DNA of 64,000 nt from Hydrolagus colliei (lineage: Eukaryota). The stretch lies in the NCBI GenBank assembly GCA_035084275.1, contig CM068745.1, forward strand, positions 48,484,001 through 48,548,000. Direction: 5' to 3'. Below the pieces are notes generated by a model, which was not told where the DNA came from, did no database searches, and was given only the letters and a program-made list of their open reading frames with translations. Position numbers and translations under genes: made by a program. Shown here in pieces: positions 53,351 through 63,839 of this stretch (position 1 is its first letter; every line of letters begins with the position of its first letter).

Positions 53351-54410
53351 GTTGTAACACATACTGTCACAAGCTTTCTCGATTCTTTTATTTGAGTTTA
53401 CCAACAGAAATAATGTTATAACAAGTTGAGTATTCTTACATTAGGTACCCAATATATTGCTAGATATTGGATGTATTGAACATCCAGTTTAAAATGCACA
53501 TTGGATTATCCACACTGCTTTGACCAACAAACATGCACCCACACACACACTACATTGGCTTGTCAGATTATGAATGAATTTGGGATTTCCTGAAATTATT
53601 TATTTTTCTCATTTGAATCTCAGAACAGATGTGTTTTCTATAGGACATTTTTTCTGAAGGAAAGAGACGCGTCATTATTAATGCAACATTTATACGCTGA
53701 AAACTCTATTCCACTGAAGGAAGTGCACCTGCCAAAAGTATCCAGTGCATAATATTCCACAGCAATCTAAAATTTGGCTGAATTTCAACATAAAATAAAG
53801 CTACATTCTTGACATGCCAATTTGGCCAGGAATATTTATGTTGCATTTGACCTAGAATCCTGGTAAATGTAGGACATTAAGCTGTGCTATATAAAAAAAT
53901 CATGGCAAAGTTACCCTTTGTGAATCATGTGGTAGTTCAAAAATTAAAATTATGGCTCATGCACCATTAATCTAAATAGCCACCCTTCCCCTTTAATCTA
54001 CAAATGCATCTTTTTGTGTCTCATCTTTTTACTGATGTGATCTTTCACAACCAAAGAAAGAAAAAAGAGAGCGAGGGGGGCAGGAATGCCATGTCTTTTT
54101 ATTTGATATATTTGTTAAACTGTTGAGTGTCTCAAAGTGATTTTTAACAACTAGGAGAAGCAGTTTCCAGGTTAGGGCAGGGATTTAAGAATTTTCCAAC
54201 ATTCTCCACAATGTTAAATTTCAGGACACTAGTTTTGAAGTTAAGACCTTAAGATATACAGTATCAGGCTTCAGACAAGCCATTGATCTCTCCAGCTAAT
54301 AATAGTGCATTGTGAAACTGAGCTGTACTCAGTATGTCGAAATATATAAAGGAATCAACATGTGATAGGTGTAACGTAATTTACCAATACAAAGCCATTA
54401 TTTTTGTGAC

Positions 54411-54632
54411 AAAATTGCGGGAGCACTCAGCAGGTCAGACAGCATCTATGGAGAAAGAAAAACTAAGTCAATGTTTCGGGTCCATGACCTTTGCCAGTTT
54501 TGATGAAGGGTTGTGGACCCGAAACATTGACTCACTTTTCCTTTCTCCATAGATGCTGCCTGACCTGCTGAGTGTTCCCAGCTATTCCTGTTTTTGCTAC
54601 AGATTTCCAGCATCTGCAGTATTTTGTGTTTT
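54411..54632. mobile_element. Palindromic Penelope-tail derivative with a minimal hammerhead-like core
   Basis: Arms at about 54419-54492 and 54503-54579 are inverted repeats; core TTGATGA-AGGGT..ACCC-GAAAC at 54500-54525; ends cagatttccagcatctgcagta. Confidence 0.85.
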
Positions 54633-56243
54633 CATTATTTTTGTCAGTTGAGTGTCTGGCACTTGGGGAAACACAACAGGATGTGTACAATCCAAACTAG
54701 ACTGATTTCCATCCATGGCACCTTCACATAAAAATTCCCATAGTCTGAAATGGAATGCACACACTTTACCCAGAATGCTGCATAACGCTTACCTATTAAA
54801 AATATTAAGAACAGGTTGGCATGAGTCCCCAGATTGTGTGTTGGGTCCTGCTGATATTTAATCTGCTGAAACCGCATAGCGTTTCATTGAATGCGCTGTA
54901 TGCCTATCTTCCCCCTGCTTGTCCATATAGGACCAGCCAACCCATCAGGGCTTTGGCTTTTAATGGAGTACTGGGAACCAGTCTGGCTCATATACCCATC
55001 TAGCTAGGCAGCCACAGAGGATTGACTCAATTTTGATATTCTGTTGCCAAGCATGTCACCTTCGAATCAGCTCAGCTCCATCTGGTGACTCAGGATTCAG
55101 ATCACACAATCTGTAGACAGTGATAAAATGGCTGATTGGAGATAACTGTGACCCAAAGGGTTAGATATAGATCACAGGAATCTCAGGAGATGGCTGTAAC
55201 AAACTGTTGGTAGCTGGCAAAATTTCCCATTAGCAGCTGCATCTCTATATCTCATTGCAAATGTCACTTTTTGACCCTAATGTTTTAATTGTTATTCTTA
55301 TATCGTGCTTCTTTATTAGTTTATTTTCAAATATGACCTTAAAATAATTCTCAGTGTTGATCCTGCTAATCTTCCTACAAGTGTTCTGTTAGCCCCAAAT
55401 CACATGGAATGACAGATATGATACTCAGCCTTCATATCTGTCACTGCTTCACACACGGAGCACGAAGGTCAGACTGCAGATGGGTATCAACTCCAGCCTG
55501 CTTTTTTTTTAACACCCACATACTTTCAGTTGCAGCTCTGGTGGAAAGGAAAAATTATTTGCAACTTGCTATTAATCAGTTAGTTATATATTTGGTGCAT
55601 ATTTAGAATAAGTATATTCAGACAGTTTGTGATAAACCTGCAGTGAATAAACCATAAAAGGAAGTCCTTTCAAGATGTCTTATGTGAGCATTCTCGCCTT
55701 GAATACCTCCACTGACAAGCAGAGACCTCAAAATTGAATAAAACAGTCTCTGTAAACTCCACAGGATGCATTATAACAAATACAAATACATGGAAATATT
55801 TCTAACCCAGTAATCTCACCACAAGATTTGGAAGGTCTTTTTAAAAGCCTTGAGATTTATTTTTGTTTATGATGTACTGCACTTTGAACACCCTCGTCAA
55901 AATTCATGCTTTGGAACAACTACCAGGTCTACATTTGCTAACTGGCAGATTGTTGTTAGTAACATAGCAATATTACCAGCTCAGTAAAGATAATAATTAC
56001 TATTTCTAGTAATAGATAATAGATACTAAAAGTGAGAATTACTATTTAAAACACAGATCATAGCTTACAAATGAAAACTCCAGAAAACACCAATTAAATC
56101 ATATTGGTGAGTTTTGGTCGAATGTCAAAGAGTTCTTTAAATAAAAAATCTGAAAGTTTACACTGTTGAAAGGACTCTACAGTTTGCAATGGAAATCTAT
56201 TACGGTCAGTAGTTGGCTCAGCACTAAAATTTGGTAGCTACCA

Positions 56244-56321
56244 CCCTTGTAAAAAAGTACCATGATAATGGTGGTAGTACCATGGTAGTACCACCATAAC
56301 CATGGTACTTTTTTACAAGGG
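56244..56321. mobile_element. 78-bp palindromic mini-MITE with 2-bp TSD (CMC/EnSpm-like)
   Basis: Perfect 21-bp TIRs CCCTTGTAAAAAAGTACCATG / CATGGTACTTTTTTACAAGGG; CA on both sides (56242-56243, 56322-56323). Confidence 0.88.
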
Positions 56322-56399
56322 CAGATTTGGTAGCCTACAAATTTCCTTTGTCCTGCAGCATTGTGGACACTGAAATATTATGAATCCTTATCAGGAAGG

Positions 56400-56710
56400 T
56401 CTGTGAGGGGAAATCACGTATGCTGTTATTGAACGAGCTGCGAATCCTATTCTCTTCACTTCTCCAGCTGGGACAATGCTACCTGTTAGAGCTTTGGCTT
56501 GCAGGGTTACAAGGACCTGAAGGGGAAAAATTCCTTCCCCTGCATCTGATCTTTCCAAGTTCTGGCGTGAAGCCAAGCTTGCAAGGCTGTGATGATCAAT
56601 ATTTTGGAATACTGTAGACCCATTTGGCTCAGGAACTAAATTACTGACACCACCACAGATGGTTGACTGGATTATGACATTACATTGTCGAAGACATCAC
56701 CTTAGAGCCT
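56400..56710. repeat. Unclassified ancient interspersed repeat (best copy)
   Basis: Homologous blocks at about 28047-28225, 36640-36925 and 54945-55065 (ctgttagagctttggct; ttggctca..aactaaa; ccacaga.g.ttgact). Confidence 0.7.
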
Positions 56711-57144
56711 GCTTACTTCTCCATTAAAGCAGCAAGCCCCTAAAAAATCACTAAATTTTGCACACAAAAATTCACTTTATAGTACATTCTAAGAGCTTTG
56801 AGATGTCTCAAAGTCATAATAAAATGCTATATCATAAGCAAGGATTATTATTTATTATTACACATTATAGTAAAATACAATAGGTTTGTGAAATTCTTAG
56901 TGACTCAATATTGAACTATATTTCAGAGGTGATTGCAAGTTCATCAATTTCCATATATCTGTAAAGCTAAAAATAAGAGAAATTATGTAACAGTTCTGTG
57001 TCAGTGCAGGTGTTCCCCAGAGTCCTGGGTATGATTAACTGTGTACACATAGAGATAGGGCATGACATTCAACCTAATTGCACATATTACCATAAATATA
57101 TTCATTCACTCAATATGTATGTAGAATAATGTCGAAGCATCAAG

Positions 57145-57580
57145 AAAAATAATCCTTGCATTTATGGAGTAATTAGTAAGAAATGTCTAAGCATTTTACT
57201 GTAAAGTATAGTAGCTATATTTGTTTGCAAATTTCAACAACAACAAAGCAACTTGGATTTATATAGCTCCCTCCATGCTGGACGGCATCTCAGAGCACTT
57301 CAATTTAGCCACATTGTGCACAGCAACAGCTATCAAGTAACCGCTTTTATCTGGAGATAAGGAAAAAGTCCCTTCTCTTTTCAAAACGTGCTATGGGATC
57401 TCAGGAGAAAGTCCCTTCTCTTTTCAGAAAGTGCCATGGGATCTTTAACAGGCAGACAACATTTCAGTTTAATGTCTCATGTGAAGGATAGCATCTTCGA
57501 CAATGCAACACATGGTAGTACTGCATTTGAGTGCCAGGCTAAATTTGAGTACAAAGTCCCAAATTGTGGCAATTGAATGG
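57145..57580 (-). mobile_element. Older Deu-type SINE with a nested L2 tail (about 57240-57300) and an internal duplication of about 43 bp
   Basis: aatccttgcatttat tail; tagccacattgtgcacagcaac; aaagtcccttctcttttca...atgggatct occurs twice. Confidence 0.65.
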
Positions 57581-58184
57581 CCTCCTGTACTGTAACCTAT
57601 TGTAATCTTCATAATATTTCAAAAGTGCCAGAATATGCCTATCATAGTAGAATACTTATTGGGTGCAATTTAATTACCCTGCTATTTATTGGAAAAACCT
57701 GCACCCACAACTGGCCATTAAGTCCTTAATTAGTACCAAGCAGAAAATCACCCTAAAAATAATAGATTTAGATTAAATGTTATATATTGGAACTGGTTTG
57801 ACACACAAGGTTGGATCACAAACAGATTCTGCACAAGCATGAATTTTAAAATTGTCACTTTTAGCAAAAGATAAGACAATAAAACAATTAGCCCTTTTAG
57901 GAAGTATCGTTATAGATGCGTAATTTATGCATTCTACCAGTAGCTGCACTAATGTTTATTATATTGATTCAGTACAAAATAGGTGTCATTTATAGGGCAA
58001 TAAATGGAATTGTTCTCGGAAGATTATGTTTGATAATCAGTTTAGCTGCAGCATTCAGCATGAAATAACCAACTGTGTACTTAGGCTGAAAAAGTTTTGC
58101 TAAAGCTAATAGATACATTGCTTAGCAAATATATATGTTTCAAATATATTGAAAAAGGACAACATTTCAGGTGTAACAGGGTTT

Positions 58185-58445
58185 GTAATAGTAATAATAA
58201 CCCTTGCAATTGATATAGCAACTTTTACGTCTTCTAGATATCTCAAACCACTTCACAGAATATACTGTAAAGTGAATTGATTATATATATGTGGGTGATA
58301 CGCAGCAACCAATTATGCACAGCAGTGTCTCACAAACAGTCGTGTATTGAAAAATACCAATTTATGAATGATTTTTTCAAGGGATTATTATCAGGTGTGT
58401 GGAGTAAGGAAACTTGCCCAAGATTTCATCCTGCCTAGAATTTCA
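58185..58445 (-). mobile_element. tRNA/CORE/Deu SINE (short variant)
   Basis: (TAA)n tail through tgtggagtaaggaaacttgcccaag. Confidence 0.9.
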
Positions 58446-59504
58446 TCTGAAATTCCTGTGATCTTATGGTTTCTGAAATCAACTTGCTGAACTTATCTTG
58501 AAAATTGTCTTCAAAGCTATTTGGAGTTTTCTGTTTGAAAATACAAAACAAAATGCAATTATAACCATGCCACTCCATCTAACTTATCACATGTAACTGA
58601 TCAAAAATATTTAATAGTTCAAAATAAGGCTGCTTTTATTTATCCTGCCTTATCCTAGTGGGATGTTTTAAACTACTCCAGTTAATTCTCTGTATGGCAT
58701 GAAGCTCATTTATAATCCTGAGAGAAGGTGATTATCTACCTGACATGGATTTCAGGAGTCGAGGGAATAATACTACAATCACATGGCAATATGGTTTAAA
58801 TTAAATCTTATTGAATCTCCACAGCAGTGGTTTAGCTGTGAGCAGATTTGAAAAGATTGGGTTCTGACTTGCAGTATATCTGAATGAGATTTCTGTATTT
58901 TAAAAAAGGCAGAAGGGAAAGGCCAGCATTGGAAGTAGATATGTATGACAGTGGGCAAGAAAAAGTTGCAGGAAGTCTTGGAAGAGAAAGAGGAGTTAAC
59001 ATTTTAGATATGGCTCTTCATCAAAACTAGAAGAGTATTGCTTATGATGGAGGAATTTAGGGATGAGAGTGAAATGATTATAAATGTAAAACCATTGATT
59101 ACATATATGATGAGACATTTAATGCATCATAAATAGATTGTGAAGTCCATGACATTTCTTCCGCTTTGATTCTGAGAATTTTGAATATTAATTTTGAGTA
59201 GAGTATAATGCAGTACACATTTTCTTAACAATGCATAGCTCAAGCCACATGTTGTTCCAATGTGAAAGGCACTAAACAGATGTAATATTGTTGTTGTGGT
59301 TTATCATGGTTGAAAATGTTAAAGATGCAGTTTCGTAAGTCAGTGTAGAATACTCATTCCTAACATGAAATGTACTAGTGGTTGTGAGTAAATGGTGCCC
59401 TTAATAACCACACATGCATGCACACAAGTAGATTCAGACTCAATCTGTTTGTGACGTAGTTGAGGATAAGTTATTCAACAGTGTATTTACAAAAACATCA
59501 ATGG

Positions 59505-59975
59505 TTATAATCCTTAGAGGGGGTGCAAAGGAGGTTCATGTGTGTGATTCCAGGGAGAATCCAGATATGAAGAGATTGCAGAAGATAGGCTTGTTTTCGT
59601 TCAACATATAAGGTTGAGTGGGAAGTTGACTGAGGTGTACAAAAGTATGAGGAGATTGTTAGGATAAATAGAGATGTAGGAGAATCAGTAAGTAGGAAAC
59701 ATCATTATATGATAGCCAGAAAAGTAGCGAAAGGAGAATTTAGGAGGATTTTTTTCATCAAGAGAGTTATTGGGTTATGGAATGTGTGGGTGGTGGAGAT
59801 GGAGTCCATTGCAAGAAGGAAGTAGACATATCAAAGAGAAAGGCTTGAAAGAGTATGGGGATAAGGTGAGGCAGTAGACTTGAAGTGATTTTCTTTCTCT
59901 GTGAGATGGTGAATTTAATGAGTTTAATGACTTCCTTCTGCGATATAGATTTCCATACTTCTATAGAGCCATATG
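59505..59975 (+). mobile_element. Highly decayed CR1 3' fragment
   Basis: ccttagagggggtgcaaaggaggttca...gaagagattgcagaagataggcttgttttc...tttaggaggattttttt..cagagagtt. Confidence 0.65.
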
Positions 59976-60104
59976 CAACTGAATGTGATGAAAACACAGC
60001 TATATGGTTTATATAAGGGCTAAAGAGTGGGTGTTGTTACTTAATATGGGGGCAAATTGACATTGGATTATGTAAGGAAACTCGAATACATCATGCTAAA
60101 CTGT

Positions 60105-61295
60105 GGGAATTCCCCTCATGCATGTCAACAAGACCAAGGTCCTCCTGATTGACTCACAACAGCACCTCCGTAACTCAAGCACTAGCAGCATCGACCTTCA
60201 AGGATACACATTGCACCTCACCAAGCCAGTCAGGAATCTAGGTGTGTCATTCTATCCTCAACTGTCTTTTCTCCCACATATACATGCCATGACTTGCTCT
60301 GCCTTCCCTTGCCTCCGCAACATTGCCTGATTCCACCACTACTTCACCCTAACCCTAACACACTAACCCTAACCACTACCTTACCCCTCAGGCTGCTGAA
60401 ACTCTCCCTTCATTATGTTCAGGCTCAAGGAAGCCCTGCTTGTGGTCCTCCCCAACTCCTCCTTCCATAGGTTGCAGAATCCAGAACATGTCCTCTCCCA
60501 TATCAGGCTCCAGAAAATGATCATCCAATCCTCACACAACTCCACTGCATTCCCATTACTCAGAGGAATCAATTCAAGTTGTGGTCTTCACCTTCAAAGC
60601 CCTCCATGACCTTACTCTCCCACTATCTCTGCGTGTTCTTAACATCCCAACAACCTATCCGCTCCCTATGATCAGCGGGCTCCAGCTTGCTGCAAGACCC
60701 CTGCCCCACCCACCCCACCATCTGTTGTCTGTTGTATTTCAATTTCTGTAAAAAAATTCTGAACATAAGCTTGCGATATTGGACATTGACACATTTTATG
60801 AACTAGTAAATTTCCTTGACTGGTATTATGGGAAAATAATGAAATAACAAAATATTCATGTAAAGTTTTCTTCAAAATTGTGTGTTTATATGAGTAAATT
60901 GGATTTTACTTCAGCATCAAATAAGTTTGTTGGCCATCGTGTTGGCCTTTGAGACATCTAGAAGACGTAAAAAGCACTGTATCAAATGCAAGCATTGTTA
61001 TTATTATTATTGTTACTATTACTATTATTATTATTAATGGCGGGCGAGGATTCAACTCAATCTTTGGAATTCACACCCCGCAATCCGTCCACCTCATCCC
61101 CGGCCCTAGGCTGTTTCAAGTCCCTCTTCAAGACCCTTCTCTTCCACTGAGCCATCAGTCACCCCCTTGCCTCCCCCTTCCCTCCACCATCCCTGATGCA
61201 GACCCCAGCTCGGTTCCAAAACACTGACTGTCGAGCATCTTGGGACATCCTACCCACATTAAAGGCACTAAACAAATGGAATTTTGTTCCTGTTA
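60105..61295 (+). mobile_element. Decayed L2 3' part, split by a 315-bp insert (60723-61037)
   Basis: [24 protein letters not shown]; resumes ggcgggcgaggattc after the insert; tail at about 61290. Confidence 0.85.
60347..60372 (+). repeat. Short interstitial telomeric-type repeat (CCCTAA)n
   Basis: ccctaa ccctaa ca cactaa ccctaa, inside L2 sequence. Confidence 0.7.
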
Positions 61296-62103
61296 AGGTC
61301 AAAAATTGTAACAAATTTAAATTAGTGTGTGTTACACCTGCATCCAGTGTTTAAATATCCACTGGCTTTCCTGGCTAAATGTGATAGCTAGTTTCAATTT
61401 CACCCCTCTATGTTTTAAAACCCACTGTTTTTATTGCAGTCGTTGTCTATTCTCTAAGCTACTGCATCTGTAATACATTCAACCATGGTAAACAACATGA
61501 ATCTTAATACATACATTAAGAAAATTAGCACTGCAGTGTATGAATTGTTGGCATGAAGGAGTTTCATAAATCATTTCTTGTTTATGTCTGGTGCTCCATC
61601 CAACCATAAAAGGGCTATATTGAGGACAAATACAGGCCATGTGGTTGGCTTGTGTCCCCAGTCTTGGCAGAGAAACCTTTTATCACATCAGTATAAATGA
61701 TTTCATTCATTTTAATTTTATTTTGTAGCATTGGATACACTCAACACAATAATGCAACACAATTATACCTTTGACTGTTTTATTCTTGTTCAATTTATTA
61801 ACCTTGCAAGTCATTTTAATGTTCCAAACAGTCCCCAAATTATGTTTTGTCACCTTTCTACCCCTGCCCCTGTCTCGGTCCTGGGATCCACTATTGTGAA
61901 GCGCTCTGAGACGCCATCCGGCGTGGAGGGCGCTGTATAAATCAAAGTTGTTGTTGTATGTTCAGAAACCACATTTAATTTTGCTTGTTTAAAATGTGTG
62001 AATGCAAAAAAAAGGTTTGTAATGTCAGTACGGATTGTAATGGCATTCGTACAGGCAAATAGTTATGAAGCGAATGAACATTTAAAAAAAAAATCTTTTA
62101 AGT

Positions 62104-62285
62104 ATAATAATAATCCTTGCTTTTGATCTAGAGCTTTTCACGTCTTCCAGATGTTCTCGAAGCGCTTCACAGAATATACAGTAAAGTAAATTGACTGTAT
62201 ATATATGGATGATACGTGGCAGCCAATTGCAAATAGTGGTATCCCACAAACAGTCGTGGATTGAAATTATCTATTTAATAAGAGA
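62104..62285 (-). mobile_element. SINE 3' half
   Basis: (TAA)n, gcttttcacgtcttccagatg..gaagcgcttcacagaat, ggcagccaattgc..cccacaaacagtcgtgga. Confidence 0.88.
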
Positions 62286-62289
62286 ATGA

Positions 62290-62610
62290 TGCCGAGCTAT
62301 GGGGAGGGGGAAGGTGACCATAAGCATGGGATAGTCAAAGAGAATGTTCTTCAGGTAGGTCCTGACTATGAGGAAGGCGGACGTGCGTTGAAGATGTTCA
62401 GGGAGGGAGTTCCAACGTTTCAGGGCGCAGTGGCTGAAGGCACAACCAGGGATGGTGGAGCAGAGGACTCAGGGGACAATGTGGAGACTGGATCCAGTAG
62501 AATGGAGGCAACGGGTACTGCTGTGAGGAGAGGGGAGGTTAGAGAGATACGGGAGTGTCAAGGAATGGAGGGAATCAAACACTAGAGTGACCATCTAGTG
62601 TTTAAATTCA
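62290..62610 (-). mobile_element. Decayed L2 3' fragment
   Basis: agggagttccaacgtttcagggcgcagtggctgaaggcac (reverse of a FSHCAP-WNSLP-type sequence). Confidence 0.7.
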
Positions 62611-62629
62611 ATAGATACCAGGAAATACA

Positions 62630-63425
62630 CGCTTAGCAAAAACTTCCTACAACTAAACGTTGACAGGATGGAAGCCAAACACATTGGTTAATATCAACAT
62701 CTTTTATCATGCGTCTCTAAACTCGTCAACCTCCTCAAACTCTCAGACTCTCCAAGCCCATGTGCAACTTGAATTTGTTCCCCAGCTTTCCTTTCTACCG
62801 TATAACTGTTGCCTGACCATGCCCACATTTTTCCACCTATGCCACATTGGATGCCTCCAACCGTACCTCACAAATGAAATACCTGACACCCTCATTCATA
62901 CTTTGTCACTTGCTGGCTGGAGTATTCCAATGCCCTGCTTATTGATATCCCAAATTCCACCATACACAAAATGCAATTAATTGAAAACTCTAGTCCCTGC
63001 ACATCAGTTCCTTCCAGACTCCACTGGCTCCCATTCACTGAACGGATCAATTTCAAGAATTTCTTGCACATTTTGAAATCACTGCATTCACTTGCACCAC
63101 CTTACATGTCCGACCTTTTTACCCCCAACTTTACCATCCACCTGGCTGACTCTGGCCTCCTATTTGTCCTTTGTGCCATCCGTTGCACCATCAATGGCCA
63201 TGCCCTCAGCCATGTCCAAAATTCTGGAACTGTCTCCCTTAATCCCACTGCCTTGCCCCTTCCCCTACCTTCAAATCCCACTTAACAACCTTCCTTTTTG
63301 ATCGTGCTTATGGTTACCTCCCCCACTTCCTCTCCCCCTGTCTCCTCGTCACTCCGCCAATATGAGGGGCTCAAGGATGTTACCATGTGCAAAGGGTGTT
63401 AATATAAATGGAAGTTGTTCTTGTT
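62630..63425 (+). mobile_element. Decayed L2 3' part
   Basis: SRLHWLPFTERINFK..LKSLHSLAPPYMSDL; tail aatataaatggaagttgttcttgttg. Confidence 0.85.
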
Positions 63426-63682
63426 GACTTATCCATGCAGTTTGTTGAGAAACATTTAATTGCTGTTGATCACAAATTACTGGGAACATGCCTTTGTAGC
63501 AGATGCAGTTATTTCAAAGAGGAAAGTAAATTATGTCCTGGGAGCTCTTGTCCTCCATTACATCTGATGAAAACTAACAGGGTGATAATATTTAACTGAT
63601 ATCTATTTGGTGACTTCACTGACACTGAACAGAAATAGCAGTCTCTTTCTGGCTTAATAGTAACTAAGGCTCCGCTATGGCT

Positions 63683-63837
63683 CATTATAATCCGTGCATT
63701 CGATATAGCACTTTTTACATTTTCAAGATCCCTCAGTGAGCTTCACAGATTATACTGTAAAGTGAGTTTTTGGGGGTGAAATGTGACAGCCACTTGCGCA
63801 CAGCAATATCCAACAAACAGTCTTAGATTGAAGTGAC
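63683..63837 (-). mobile_element. SINE 3' half, interrupted by a DNA transposon
   Basis: gcattcgatatagcactttt...gcttcacagattatactgtaaagtga...cagccacttgcgcacagcaatatcc. Confidence 0.85.
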
Positions 63838-63839
63838 TA

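Noticed and set aside
54644-55003. Overlapping short ORFs as possible exons
   Set aside because: No recognisable protein, and the region abuts repeats.
56391-56617. Two short ORFs as coding exons
   Set aside because: They lie within the unclassified interspersed repeat, whose other copies show indels.
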